Positions 40,701 to 54,937 are shown, counted from the stretch's first letter. The stretch: DNA of 64,000 nt from Takakia lepidozioides (GCA_030704615.1 CM060733.1:51336001-51400000), one strand, 5' to 3'. The notes: generated by a model from the sequence alone, not told the origin. A program made the numbers and translations.

Positions 40701-42294
40701 ATTTCTTGCCGCTCGTGTGTCATGGGCCTTATTAGGCAGATGCTTGGCAATGATGTTGAGGTGATTGCTTGTTGCTGGGGTTGCTCTATTAAGGTGCTTT
40801 TCACTAGAAGTAATCTTGTCTTTTTCGACTCGCTATCCAAAACCACTCATATGATAAGTCAACTTTGCTACTAGTAAGTCGGAAAGACAGTTTCATGCCA
40901 TGCTGGCACAGAAGTTTCCGTTCAGATGAATAATAATATATGACATCTCCCCAAGGAAGTGGGGGGTTGGTATCGCGTGAGCACAGAGTTAAGAGAAACG
41001 GCGTGAGCACAAAAAAAATCGCCGCGTGAGCGGAATCCACGGCTATGGGGGTAATATGTACATCAGCGGAAATACAAATAATAGGCAGACATATGGACCT
41101 TATTGCGCTAATAGGCGATACATCGAATCTGAATATAACTTAAACCTGAAGATCAGAATCCACATGCACCTGTCAGATAGTTCGAAGCTTTAGCCAAGTT
41201 TCACTGCCGAAAATCCAAGTTTTTCTGGCGACACCCAGGTTTTGCTGGCAAAAACCATTTTCATTTCATTGGCGAAACCCATTTTTTGGGTGGTTATTGG
41301 GGATGTTCTAAACACAATGTTACCAAATGCCACATTGTTTTACGTGCGCTGATCTTTGAGTTATGGCAGTATATTTGTGGGGTCATTGTGCTCACACGAC
41401 TTAAGCTTTGGACGATTAATTTCATTAATTTTGTCGCGTGAGCACAGTTTTTAGATAGTTTCGTATTTCTTACCGCATGAGCGCATTTTGGCTTACAATA
41501 GCATATTCTCAAGAATATTCTAGAACATGCAGAATATTTCTTTGTGTTCACGCCTGCTGGCGTGAGCCTCCTCACATGCTACCCAACCCCAAGGAAGTGT
41601 ACATTATGGCATCTTACACCCGGAAGGGCTGCTGGCACTTGTGGCAGGAAGGTGGACACTTTTGTGACACCAATAGGTGGATTGAACCCACAAGCGCTTC
41701 CAAGGTGGTATCTGCCCATTACCACAGGGCTACAACTTGGTAGTCTTTGGGATGAACTATGACTGATTCTTACAAATTTGAGCTAATTTAAATACTAGGG
41801 CTTCGCGTTGCTCCGCACTATTAGCGACGAATTCTGAGAAGTATGTTCAATTTTTCACAAAAAAAGGGCTGGGTCATACCCACAGTGTTACATGTAGAGA
41901 TCCCGTGTTTTGTTTTTTTCTGGAAGAAAAATGGCGGATCTGCATTTCAACATTCGAGTTTCACAAGCCGCATCAATCAATAACAACATACCCAAATACC
42001 CGTACATTCACTGTATGAACTTTCAAGCAGCCACCATGGGATTGGATCTTGGTGGGTTAAGGCTAGCTTTTGACAATATTCATGCAAATTCATCAAGGGC
42101 TCTATCCAAAGCCACACCACGAGAAACAAACAAACATGTCCAAATTTAAGATGCTGAACAAACTTGTGCACAGGGCTGCCCCTCTCATCAAGCTCATTAA
42201 AATTCGTATTCACTTCCATCTTGAAGTGTGAGTAGCTAAGTCACAGATCAATGAATGAAGCAAGACGCTCGCATCTTTCCAAGAAGACATCCTT

Positions 42295-44505
42295 TCACCA
42301 GTAATCACCACAAGAACAAGTCCCATCTTCAAAGTGGTGAGAGCGGTTAGCGTCCCGTACAACAATTGCTCGGCCAACAATCTTTGAGATGAATTTGGTG
42401 GAGGTGTGGCAGTCACCACACACTGGAAGATTCTTGATGAGACGGAGAGGCGTCCTAGGGGTCATGCTGATCAGCCCAAAACCAATGGCCAGCTTCTCAC
42501 TGTGGTGGCAAAGAGAAAATTCCTTTTCATCCTCCCCACATCATGCAATACAAAGCACCCCGCCTCCTTCATCTTCCCAGACAATCTTCTCAGCTCAGCA
42601 TGGATTTCCTTAATTCTGGGATGCAACTTGTCATCTACAACGAAGGTGTGCACCCTGTTGCAAACCTCAAAGCAGCAGCGACCTGGCTCTTTTTCAACCC
42701 CTCTGACCTTCATCATTCTTCTCACCTTTACAGTATCAACCCACCTGTCAGCTGCAGCATAGATGTTTGATAGCAACATAAGTCGCGGCATCCTGTTCAT
42801 TCCACTTGAGGATAGATGTTGCCGCACATTGAGCCATCTCTACAGTGTCATGGATTCTGCAGGCACTAAACAAGGCCTTCCACACCACAACATCTGGATT
42901 GATTGGCATTTTATTAATCAGGTCCACTGCCTCATCCAGTTGTCCCGCACGTCCAAGAAGGTCCACCATGCAGCCAAAGTGCTATACTGTCGGAGTGACA
43001 CCATGATCTTGAATCAGGGAATCGAAGTAGCGTCTACCTTCATTCAGAAGGCCAGTGTGGCTGCATGCAGAGAGAACACATACTGCTTCAAGCCGTTCTT
43101 TTGCATTCCTTCAAATAGTTGCAGGACCTCCCTATGACAACCATGCTGTGCATATCCTGCGACCATTGCATTCCACGACACCACATCTCATTCAGCCATA
43201 TTGTCGAACACTCCCTTTGCATCCTCCATGCACCCACATTTGGCATACATGTCCACCAGGGTAGAGTTCAGGATCACATCTGGTACAATTCCAGCTCTGA
43301 CGATGTCGCCATGCACCTCTTCGCCCTTTTCCAGGGCTGCCAGGCTTGCACACGCACTGCAAACGCACACAAACGTGATGTGGTCAGGCTTCACCCCGTC
43401 GCACATCATTTGCTCATAGGTCTCCAAAGCCTCCATCCCACGTCCCTGCTGTGCATACCCTGCAAGCACCGCACTCCACGACACCACACCTCGTTCAGCC
43501 ATACTGTCGAACACTCCCTTTGCATCCTAGATGCACCCACATTTTGCAAACATGTCCACCAGGGTATTGTTCAGAATGACAGCTGGTACAATTCCAGCTC
43601 TGAAGATGTCGCCATGGACCTCTTTACCCCTTTCCAGAGCTGCCAGGCTTGCACACGCATTGCAAACGCACCCAAACGTGATGTGGTCGGGCTTCACCCC
43701 TTCTCCCATCATTTGTTCATAAGTCTCCAAAGCCTCCATACCACGTTCTTGCTGTGCATACCCTGCAAGCATCGCGTCCAATGGCACCACATCTCGTTCA
43801 GCAATAGTGTTGAAAACTCCCTTCGCATCCTTAAATGCACCCACATTTGGCATGCATGTCCACCAGAGCAGTTTGCAGAATGACATCTGGTACAATTCCA
43901 GCTTTGACGATGTCACCATGGACCTCTTTCCCCTTTTCCAGAGCTCCCTGGCTTGCACACGCATTGTAAACACAAACAAATGTGATGTGGTTGGGCCTCA
44001 CCCTTTCGCACAGCATTTGCTCATAGGTCTCCAAAGCATTCCTACCACACCCGTGCTTAGTAAATCCTGCCAACATTATGTTCCACATGATCAAACATCG
44101 TTGAGGCATTCTGTTGAACACTTGGTGAGCATCCATGATGCTCCCACACTTAACATACATGTTGACAAGAGAGTTGAGTAGAAAAAAAATTGACGTGAAT
44201 TCACTTTGGATAATGTGAGTGTGCACCTGCTTTCCAGCTTCCAGACCTCCCATCTTGATGCACTTAAGCAAGAGATAAGCATACGTATCTGAATCTGCTG
44301 AAATGCCTCCTTGGTTTATACTCTGTAGAGCCTCTGCCAGTCTGCCTGTCGCACGAAGTATCTTCACATGCCCAGAAGTGCCAGAAGAGGTATTGTGGAC
44401 TCCCTCTCTTGATCCTCTTTCAGAAGCTGTGGCCATGGATGAGGTGCCTGATTTCATCAACTGTGCCGCTGCAACTGCTGCATTCAGTTGACCATCTACC
44501 CAGAG
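42295..44505 (-). pseudogene. PLS-E-DYW PPR RNA-editing factor pseudogene with an N-terminal remnant of an OSB PDF motif
   Basis: N-terminus WVDGQLNAAVAAAQLMKSG..GRLAEAL, then P-L-S triplets (GVKPDHITF, NTLVDMYAKCG), MVDLLGRAG and an E domain. PG-box KEPGRCCFEV, then after a frameshift [59 protein letters not shown] (stop 42295). Multiple frameshifts and stops. Confidence 0.92.
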
Positions 44506-45985
44506 AGACCACATATAAAGGTGATACTGTCCGGCTTCAAGCCGTTCTTTTACATTCCTTCAAATAGTTGCAGGACCTCCCTATGACAACCATGCTGGGC
44601 ATATCCTGCGATCGTTGAATTCCACGACACCACATTTCGTTCAGTCATCCTGTCGAACACTCCCTTTGCATCCTCGATGCACTCACATTTGGCATACAGG
44701 TCCAGCAGGGCAGTGTTCAGGATGACATCTGGTACAAATCCAGCTTTGACGATGTCACCATGGACCTCATTGCACCTTTCCAGGGCTGCCAGGCTTGCAC
44801 AAGCATTGCAAACGCAAACAAATGTGATGTGGTTGGGCTTCACCCTTTCGCACATCAATTGCTCATAGGTCTCCAAAGCCTCCATCTCGCCCCTTGCTGT
44901 GCATATCCTGCAATCATCGCCCTCCACTACACCACATTTCTTTCAGCCATACTGTCGAAAACTCCCTTTGCATCCTCGATGCACTCACTTTTGACATACA
45001 TGTCCAGCAGGGCTGTGTTCAGGATGACATCTGGTACAAATCAGCTTTGACGATGTCACCATGGACCTCATTGCACCTTTCCAGGGCTGCCAGGCTTGCA
45101 CACGCATTGCAAATGCAAACAAACGTTATGCGGTTGGGCTTCACCCCTTCGCACATCAATTGCTCATAGGTCTCGAAGCCTCCATTCGCGCCCTTGCTGT
45201 GCATATTCTGCAATCATTGCCCTCCACGACACCACATCTCATTCAGCCACGAAAACTCCCTTTGCATCCTCGATGCACTCACATTTGACATACATGTCCA
45301 GCTTCAGAATGACATTGGGTACAATTCCAGATGTGACGATGTCACCGTGGACCACCTTGCACCTTTCCAGAGCTGCCAGGCTTGCACACGCATTGCAAAT
45401 GCAAACAAACGTTAGGCGGTCGGGCTTCACCCCTTCCCCATCATTTGCTCATAGGTCTCCGAAGCCTCCATCCCGCGCCCTTGCTGTGCATATCCTGCAA
45501 TCATCACCCTCCACAACACCACATCTCATTCAGCCATACTGTCAAAAACTCCCTTCATACATGTCCACGAGGGTATTGTTCAGAATGACACTAGGTACAA
45601 TCGCAGCTCGTCGCCATGGACCTCTTCGCCCTTTTCCAGAGCTGCCAGCCTTGCACACGCCGCAAATGGACACAAATGTGATGTGGTCAGGCTTCACCCC
45701 TTCCCCCATCATTTGATCATACGTCTCCAAAGCCTTCATACCACGTCCTTGCTGTGCATACCCTGCAAGCATCATCTTCCATGACACCACATCTCATTCA
45801 GCCATAGTGTTGAAAACTCCCTTCACATCCTTAACGCACCCACATTACAGAAGCCCTTCGCACATCATTTGCTCATAGGTCTCCAAAGCCTGCATCCCGA
45901 ACCCTTGCTGTGCATATCTTGCAATCATCACACCCCACAACACCACATCACGTTCAGCCATACTGTCAAACACTCCATTTGCATT
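44506..45985 (-). pseudogene. Degenerate upstream tandem PLS-PPR array, fused by deletion to the next locus
   Basis: Several ~300-bp P-L-S units with frameshifts; 44535-44605 is nearly identical to 43086-43156. Confidence 0.88.
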
Positions 45986-46074
45986 TCTTGGAGAAAGTCT
46001 CTGACGTATGCAACATATGGATGCTACTGAAGGAAACTATCGTGAGTCACAAGGAAACAGAAAGTGGTTTATGG

Positions 46075-47020
46075 CTTGCCTGCATTCGGCGAAAAACGGT
46101 GAGGCACTTAGATTCCTGACGAGCATGTGCATACCCATCCATCATTATGTTGAAGAGACCCAGGGTAGTCTCAAGACCTTCATCCTCCCTCTCTGCTACC
46201 AAAGCTTCAGCCCTATTCATATTGCCCACTTTGCTGCCAAATCCCAACGTCTTGTATCATCATACTGCCTCCCGTATTCTAACCTGACACTGCCATTCTA
46301 AGTTTTCCATGAAAGAAGACAACAAAGCAACTTTCAGCCAGACAAAAATGCTGAGTACGGGTAAAGATAACCAACACAAGAGAAAGAAAAGATAGAATCT
46401 AAGACATCAAGATGCACACTTGCTCCTGCATACAAAAGCGCAAAACAATAGGATTACATGAAAAAGATGGAGAGTGGCATACCAGTGGGCATTGATAATG
46501 TTGTTGTAAATGACAATTAGGGGGTGTGCCCTCACTCTTTGCTCTCTGAAACCAGTGTTCTGCAGCACTTTCCACATCCCCAAACACACCAAAACCGCCA
46601 TCATCCACATATTCCCAGCAGATGTGTTTGGGCATAAGTTGGAGCTGTGCAATCAGTCGAAGATCTACATGAATTTTTGCTTGAGCTGTAAGCATCGACC
46701 GTCATAACAATTGAATGGATGCGTGGAGGTCCTTCATGTCCATTTTATAGGCAAAGGCTGAGGGCAGCATCTGAGAGGTTGTCGCATGTATAATCAAGCA
46801 AAAAAAGTAGGCATCTAATGTCTTGTTGTGGATGACCAGCTACAGTGGAAGGGTGAGGGAGTGAGCACATACTCAGAATTGCCAACTTTGGCGAATCCAG
46901 AAATAAGGACACAAGAGTGTGGCCACATTTGGTGCAACCCCTTCAGCCTCCATCCCTCCACACAAGCTACTGTTCCCCGCATGTCACGAGCCATGGAATA
47001 TGCATGAACCAGACTGATTC
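46075..47020 (-). pseudogene. Fragment of a P-class PPR gene resembling chloroplast PPR4 (At5g04810-like), with introns
   Basis: LVHAYSMARDMRGTVACVEGMEAEGVAPN, SAAEHWFQRAK..VIYNNIINAH and GNMNRAEALVAEREDEGLETTLGLFNIMMDGYAH..CLTVFRRMQ follow the motif order I recall for PPR4; frameshifted. Confidence 0.65.
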
Positions 47021-47259
47021 CCAGTCCAAAGATATCTGTGTCAGATGCGAAGTCTCTCTTACTCCCCTCTCCCCTTCAGTGTGTAAATAGTCACTCAAAC
47101 AGGGTCAGCAACCTGACACAAGAAACGCCTAATGCATAGATGACCTGCACACTAGAGGCTGTGTCTTTCAGGTTCTTGTGCTAGAAATGTAGTTTGTTAA
47201 TAAGAGGAAGACACACATACCCACGCCCCAAGTGCTCCGACAGGTACGCCCGTTGAGGG

Positions 47260-47408
47260 AATTACTTCGGGCAATACGGGCAGCTCAAAGTAAAATGACG
47301 ACGTTGACGTGGCTGACAACGACGACGTGGCTGACGACGACGACGTGGCTGAAGATGACGACGTGGCATTATGGCACCCTATTCACGCTCCACGCTAAAC
47401 TAGCTCTC
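47260..47408 (-). mobile_element. DNA-transposon terminus-like sequence, homologous in inverted orientation to 60835-60992
   Basis: Shared ttcgggcaN..cgggcag, repeated gacgtggc and acgctaaactagc. The outer end GRGCTAGTTTAG resembles PIF/Harbinger-type TIR starts. Confidence 0.6.
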
Positions 47409-48408
47409 GACCTTCTGTCGTCACTAGAATTCAATCTTGTTTTAAACAAGCAAGTGCTTTACATAATACAATTTCTTTTTCTTTTTTATACGTTTTGTAG
47501 TGAGTTTATGCTCTCATTTGGATAGTGCATGGCCCAAGGTCAGTCTCAGTTCAAATTCTGTTACCTTGGTGTGTGGTAGAGAGGACTATGGCTGAGCCAG
47601 CATAACTAAGAGCCACTTCACCTTTCGGCTGTTGTCGTGCTATTATCTTCTCCCCCTTCCTTCCCTTGCGCAAGAGCCCAATGAGCATGACCCCAATGAG
47701 CTTTGTGCTTGGCCAGGCTCTTTGAAGATCATACATTAAAAATGAAAATAGATTCTTGTACATAGTTTTGTGAGCTTGCTTTCACTATGGAAGCCTTATG
47801 GTTTGCCTCGAGATTTTAATTTTTTTCCTCCTATTTTTTTTAAAAAGGGGGAAATATCCCAGAGCGACCACTCACTAGTCAGGCCCCTTAATTATAGTGA
47901 GAGGAGAAAATAACCTCTTTGATAGTCACTTCGCCATGAGGAGCCGAGCACAAGGCTCAAGGGACACCGACCAGGTAGCGCGGTGAGACTCACTTGGGTG
48001 GCACTTAGTGCTCTATCCAACTGAGCGGTGGTCCTCCTAATAATCCAGATAAAGTTTACAGGGCAAGCGACACCGCTCCTTTTCAATTTCTTAAAAAGAT
48101 ACCAAAAAACATTTTTATTTGATATAATTTTATTAAACAGAAAAAAATTCATTTCTCTCATCTCAAGGTTTGTTACTAAAGGTCTATGTTTTACAGACGG
48201 CCGAGAGGGAATTGAGAGGATGGAGAGAGTTGAGAGAGAGCTATACAAGGGAGAAGAGGTGGTGGTTGGAGAACGTGATATGGTGGTTCTCTAAAGCAAG
48301 CAGCCTCAAGTGAGCTAATCTCCACCGGTACCAGTCTCCACCTTCCTCTCCTCGTTGACCATCCAAAAGTCCAATCAACATGTGGAAGACTAAAAGTACT
48401 TTATCCTT

Positions 48409-48640
48409 GCCAAGCATTAGATAGGGCCTGGAGTTGAATGCGAGGGAGCCGGTTCAGCCAGCGTGGACCCCCCGCCTCCACACCCCGCGGCACACCCTCC
48501 CGTGCCTCATGTCCCGCTGCCAGGACATGAGCCGTGCCCTCTCCCGCATCCCCCATCCCTCCTCCCATCCTGCCCTCATGCATGGCATCGCCCTCCATCC
48601 CCCATACATGCCTTCATCCTCCCCGGGCATGCCATTGGAG
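48409..48640 (+). mobile_element. Left arm of a ~220-bp inverted repeat pairing with 56370-56592
   Basis: gccaagcattagatRgggcc..ggagttgaatgcRagggagccggttcagccagcRtggacccc..ccctcccgtgcctcatgtcccgctgc is present at both sites in opposite orientation. Confidence 0.8.
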
Positions 48641-51489
48641 AATACACGTACCAACTCTTGCTTTCGTTGCTATTGTTGGCGTTGATGTACTTTTGGGATT
48701 TGGGGAGACTGGTAAGGCATAAAGCTGCTGACTTTGCAATTTTTGATGTTGTATTACAAGAATTGAAGGTGACCTCGGGCATCACTTTCCATAATCAATG
48801 GCTCACTCCAGGGACGTGCACATATGTTCTATTGTTTTGTTTTCCTTCCAGAACAACTTAGATCACTACTCTGGTCCATGATCACTCTCCATATTGACAT
48901 ATTTCATATTATCTGCTGATGTTTTGGGGTTTAGGGTTTAGGATAAATAACATGAACACCATTGTTAGAGATTTAGGGTTGGGTTCAGTTGCAGCTATGC
49001 ATGCAATTACAGTTCGCATCATTTATACCTTGCTGAGAATTTATGCTAGGCATTGGCTGTGTAGGTTTTCACACTGCTACAAGTGCTGGCAGACGCAGCA
49101 ATCACGATGAAGGAAAGCAAAATGATAGAGAACCGGAGGGAATACCGCGAGACATATGATGTTGATGAATACGAGTCCCTCATATGCGAGGCCTACACGA
49201 GGGCAAGGGTCCATGAACTTGGTGCGTCAAAGCTGAAAAACTTTGTTAAACGAGTTGTTATAGAAGATGATTCAAACATATAAAGCTGAAAAATTGGCTG
49301 CAATTTTTAAAAAGCTGCCAGAAGGTATTAGCCACTTGCTTCAGCTTCCTGTGAATCATTGGCAAAAGAAAGACAACCCCAGAGACAACAAATGATCTGT
49401 TTATACAAACTATGTGCACCCCCATTCTTAATTAAATGTACAATTGATTTGTGTCTCCATATGCACCATTTCCATAATGTGTTCTTCTAAACTCCATCTC
49501 ATTGATTAGGCACCTATGGTCATCCACTGTCTCTCACAATCCTCCAAAGGTGTATGCTCTCTGGCAGCCAGCCCATGGAGGTCATTGCAAGAAAATTTGG
49601 TGATGGCATTGCTGATGTAATTCCAGGTCGAGCCCCATGGTCACCAGGGACCAAGGGACTAGTAAGCCTTACAGACCAACGCATGTAACTGATTTATGTA
49701 TCACAACAATTTCCCTGCCAACTACTATAAATCCATGTTATAGATACCAACTCATTTTGAACTCTTTGAGCCATCGTTGGTGGCGTTTGGAACCAACAGT
49801 AATAGTGCATGGTGACTTGCCTCATGCCCAGAACGTGAGTGGCAACAAGAGGTCAAAGCACGATCTTTTTCATCAAGCCAATGCTTGGACCCTTCAACCC
49901 CAATAACAAACTAGCCCAAGGTAGGGCCAGATGGTTTCAGTCACATGTATGTTGGTTGTAGGTTTGGTACTCATTTGGGGTTCCAAAATGGGATGAGATT
50001 TACCTATAGAGGAGCTTCCTGAAACTGCTTGAAGACATTGGCTGTTGGCATGGTGGTCATCCATGACCCATTCCCACCAATGTTTGCTAGTGCATTCTCC
50101 CTGGAATCTGGCCACATATTCCCCACGTTTCCTGCAACTATCTCATGTGAGACATGAAGTCGTGAATTCTGCATAGGAATTTCATGGAGGGGATCTCGGC
50201 CTGGTGAGAGTTGTGACGTTTGCTGCTTGGATGTCCCCAATACTCTTCCTCTGTTTGTGGGTCATCACCCCTTCCGTGCTTCTCCGGCTGCAATGAAAGT
50301 GTCTGAGACTTCAAAAAGGGATATCTACATAGTGCACACGAATACTTCTCTTGGCCTATCTGTTCAATAATTTTTTGTCCAACAACATTTCCACAGCTAA
50401 TCCAGCATCCATTGCCTCACCCACAAACCATAGTCTTTGGTACGATGGAACATCCCGTGATATACGACAACAGAAACAAGCAAGGTGGATTTTGAAGAGA
50501 GAAATGAATTTACAGAGTACTTGAGCTCTCATATACATATACTCATCCCCAGTTATTGAACATGCTTGACAGCAATGTGGTACAGAGCTTCCAAGTGATA
50601 GGGGACAAGATTCAGGCTGTCTAATTCCATGGCTATGAAGAGAACAGAACCTTGGATTTCGACTACTTCATTCTTACTGCAAATAGTACATTGCCCATGT
50701 ATTGGGCGTATCAAAACCAATTCCGGGCTGGGCATTGCTCTACATGACACTTATCATTTCTAGCAAGTCCTTTCAATGAACCTATAAAACAAACAACAAA
50801 CGCAACATGGGATGCAAAGAACAATATTTCAATTCTATCATACAACTCATCTTGGAAATGAAGAGCACAGTCTGCACACGACATTCACAAGTCAACATGA
50901 GTGTACAGGCACTATATGCACATATGCACTCATACTTTATGTGCGTGTTTTCATTCATAGTATGATAACTTCTAATCTTCATTCATTCCCAATATACATT
51001 ATGTACGGTTCATTCATCCCAAAGTTGTAGTGGCTCTCCAACTTGCATGTAAAAGCAATCATGCATGCATCCACTCCATGATTTTATCAGATGACAATCG
51101 CAGGCCCTAGAGCAACAGTCCATGAGACTGTTGCATGCCAGTTGAAGCCATGAGCAGCCCCACGTATATTGTTCTTAGGCATCTTCACATCCTTATGAGG
51201 ATGGAATTCCATAAGTGGCTCTCTCAGGTAGTGACAAAGACATTGTATGCATATCATGAACACAAGCATAATATCTCAGTGGAAGCGAGGAAAACCAGAC
51301 ATGCTACCTTTTGGTCAAATAATTCACTTGAAAACCTTTTATGGGTGCATGATCGCGCCAAAAAAATAGATTTAATGTGCCAGTTGAGCCAGTGCAGCAA
51401 GTCAAAGTTGAGTCCATTACCATCTCTCCCTCCCACATTGAACAATGGGGGTTGACAATCATACACCCACCTACTATAAGGATGGGTAT

Positions 51490-54460
51490 CTAAAACAGCT
51501 CTGCCCTTGAAACAAATGTGTATACCCTATGATTGACCTCAATCCAGTTTTTCCCCGGCTTCTTTCTCACACCACTCTCCTCCATTGCTTTTCTCACCTT
51601 GGCTACATCACCCCATCTTCCAGCCATAGAATAGACATTTGAAAGCAGCACATACAGTGCAGCATTGTCCGGTTCTAACTTGAACATGTGACGTGCAGTT
51701 TGTTCTGCTAGCGCCACATGGCCATGGATTCTGCAGGTGCCAAGCAAGCCCCCCACACTGAAGCACTAGGGTTGATTGGCATGTTGCTGATAAAGTCCTC
51801 TGCTTCATCCAAAGGCCCTGCACGGCCAAGAAGGTCAACCATGCAGCCATAGTTAACTCTGTTGGTGTGATACCATGAACTTAATTCATAGAAGGGAAAT
51901 GACAGCCCTCATCTACTAGGCCCGCATGACTGCATGCAGAGAGGATTCCAATAAAAGTGACATTGGTCAGTTTCACCCCTTCCTGTTGCATCCCTTCAAA
52001 GAGTTTTATTGCCTCAATACCGAAACCATGTTGGGCATATCCTACAATCATAGCATTCCATGACACTGTGTTCTTACCCACTAAGACATCTGACTCAAAT
52101 CCAGAATTGATCACCACATGGTCACAGACCTTCCTCCCTTCATGCAAGACTGCTAACTTGGAGCATGCACTAAGGATACTAATGAAAGTGATCTCGTCAG
52201 GCTTACACCTTCTCGTTGCATTTGCCAATAGAAATCAAATGCTTGCGCACCACATCCTTACTGGGATGACCCTGAAATGATCACACACCATGAGAACACA
52301 TCTTGTTCGGGCATTTTGTCAAACACTTGGCATGCATTCAGAAAACCCCTGCACTTGCAATATATGATGACAAGGGCATTGGCCACCTGGCCAACCGACT
52401 CAAGTCCAGCCTCAACTATGTCCACATGAAGCCACTTGCCCTGTTCCAAGGCTAGTGGGCTGGCACATGAATTGAGGATGCTCAAATATGTGATCTCATT
52501 TGGCTTCAAGCCTTCTCGTTGCATTCGCTGCCAAAATTCAGTTGCCTTTTGGAATTGCCCTTACTGAACTAATCCTGCGCATCCCTACCACATCCATGCT
52601 GAGCATATTCGGCTATTATCGCATTACACGACGTCACATTTCGTTCAGCCATATTGTCAAACACTTGACGTGCATCCACTATGCTCCCAGACTTCACATA
52701 CATGTCAACAAGGGCATTCTCCAGGATGGTATCTGCCACAATGCCCACCTTGCTGATGTCAGCATGGACCTCTCTTCCCTTTTTTAAGGCTGCAAGGCTG
52801 GCACATGCATTGAGAATGCAACTCACTCCTTCCTGCAACATTTGCTCATAGATCTCCAAGGCCTCGCTACTACACCCATGCTGTGCAAATCCTGAAGTCA
52901 TGGCGTTCCATGACACCACATCTCTTTGCGCCATACTGTCAAACACTAGACGTGCATCCTTTATACTCCCACATTTGGCATACATATTAACCAAGGCAGT
53001 CTCTAGAATGGAATCTAGCCCAATTCCAGCTTTCATGATGTCAACATGCACCTCTTTGCCATTTTCCAGGTCTCCCAGACTGGCACAGGCATTGAGAATG
53101 CAAGTGAATGTGACCCTATCAGGCATCACCCCTTCCCATATCATTTGCTCATAGATCTCAAATGCATCCCTACCATATCCATGTTGAGCATATCCTGCTA
53201 TCATTGCACTCCCTGACACCACATTTTGCTGAGCCATACTGTTAAATACTTGGCGTGCATCATTCATACTCCCACATTTGGCATACATGTCAACAAAGGC
53301 GCTCTCCAGAATAATATTTGGAAGAATTCTGGCCTTATCAACACCAGCATGAACCTCTTTGCCATTTTCCAGGGCTGCCAGACTGGCACATGCATTGAGA
53401 GCACAAATGTATATGACTCTGTCAGGCTTCACCCCTTCCCATCTCATTTGCTCATACATCTCCAAAGCAGCCTTACCAGACCCATGCTGGGCATATCCTG
53501 AGACCATGGCATTCCATGAGACACATCTCAAACATTTTCCGTGCAGTCTTCAAGCTCCCACATTTGGCATACATGTTCGCCAAGGCAGTCTCCAGAATGA
53601 TATCTGGTCCAATCCCAGCTTTGATGATGTCAGCATGGACCGTTTTCCCTTTTTCCAGGGCTGCCAGGCTGGCACATGCATTGAGAATGCAAATAAATGT
53701 GACCTTGTCCGCATCACCCCTTCCTGTATCATTTCCTCATAGATCCCCAAAGCCTCTCTACCACACCCATGCTGAGCATACCCTGTGATCATTGTATTCC
53801 ATGAGACTACATTTCGTTGAACCATATTATTGAACACTTGCAGAATAAAATTTGGCATATCAATCTGAGCTTTGATGATGTGAGCATGGACCTCTTTGGC
53901 CTTATCCAGGGTTGTTAGGTTGGCACATGCGTTGACAACACAAATGAATGTGACCTTGTCTGGCATCACCCATTCCTGTTGCATTTGCTCAAAGATCTCA
54001 AAAGCCTCCCTACTGCACCTGTGCTTGGCATATCCTGCTATCGTTATATTCCAAGTAAACATATCTCGTTCAGCCATTTTGTCAAATACATGGCGTGCAT
54101 CCCTCATGCTCCCGCACTTTGCATACATGTTGACAAGGGTGTTTAGCATAAAGATGTTTGGCTGGAAGCCCACTTCGGACAATGTTGGCATGCACGTGCT
54201 TTCCCTCTGTTAGACCTTTCATCTTGATGCACTCCTGCAAGAGACGGATGTAAGCATTGGACTCTGCCAAAATGCCTTGTTGGCTCAAAATGTGCAGTGC
54301 CTCATTCAGTTGTCCGCCCTTACATACTGTCCTCACATCCCACTTGTGCTAGAAAAGTTCGTGTTGCCCCCATCTCCTGGTCTTCTTTCAAAAGAAGTGG
54401 TCACAGTGGATGGCCCTGATTCAAACAATTGTGCATGATTCGACCCTGCGATCCTGTATC
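51490..54460 (-). pseudogene. PLS-E(+) PPR pseudogene, no DYW domain visible
   Basis: GQLNEALHIL leader, many P-L-S motifs, [23 protein letters not shown]-like motif, E domain and KKPGKNWIEVNHRVYTF, then a stop; several frameshifts. Confidence 0.9.
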
Positions 54461-54935
54461 ACTCGAACATCCAGAACTTACTTTATACTGAAACATGATC
54501 CCAAGCTCCTACAGTACTACCTTGAAATTTTCTGTGCAAACCAGCAATGGAGTAGCTGAGCAGCAATAGCTTCAACCACGGAAGGCTACACCACCCACAA
54601 GCACCTTTCATATAAAAGCAGACAACCGTGATGCCCTGCAGAAAGGAAGAAGAACCTACTGATAGCAATGGTAAACTGCTTATTCACTACGCACAGCGAA
54701 TCGTTACTACTCTAAGCCATTGAAGACAAGATGCCGTATATTCACCATGCAGCTCTTGTCACAACCATATGAAGATAGCCTCACCTTACCAAGCCTGTGC
54801 CCCTAATGTGAAGATATGAGAACTTCTGCAAGGCTCGTTCTATGTCTATTGGTCAATCTGCATAGAAACTCCTCTGAATCATAAATGGAAGTTCCCATTA
54901 TCCGATATTATTGGGACACGCTTTCCATAGAATTA

Positions 54936-54937
<2 letters not shown>

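Noticed and set aside
42295-42700. U-to-C editing DYW:KP-type domain
   Set aside because: The domain has a PG-type box, HSEKLA, CxDCH and a terminal DYW, so it is the canonical C-to-U type.
47295-47370. CRISPR-like or coding repeat (WLTTTT)
   Set aside because: These are 18-bp tandem gacgtggct units without unique spacers, part of a TE subterminal repeat in eukaryotic DNA.
48922-48980. Interstitial telomere array
   Set aside because: Only 2-3 TTTAGGG units, which are common in plant TEs and promoters.
49083-50750. Transposase or LINE ORF inside the inverted-repeat-bounded segment
   Set aside because: Only short ORFs without DDE or RT motifs; too degenerate to call.
51050-51490. DYW domain after the second PPR's E domain
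   Set aside because: No HxE, CxxC or DYW motif was seen downstream of the stop; the locus is truncated at E+.
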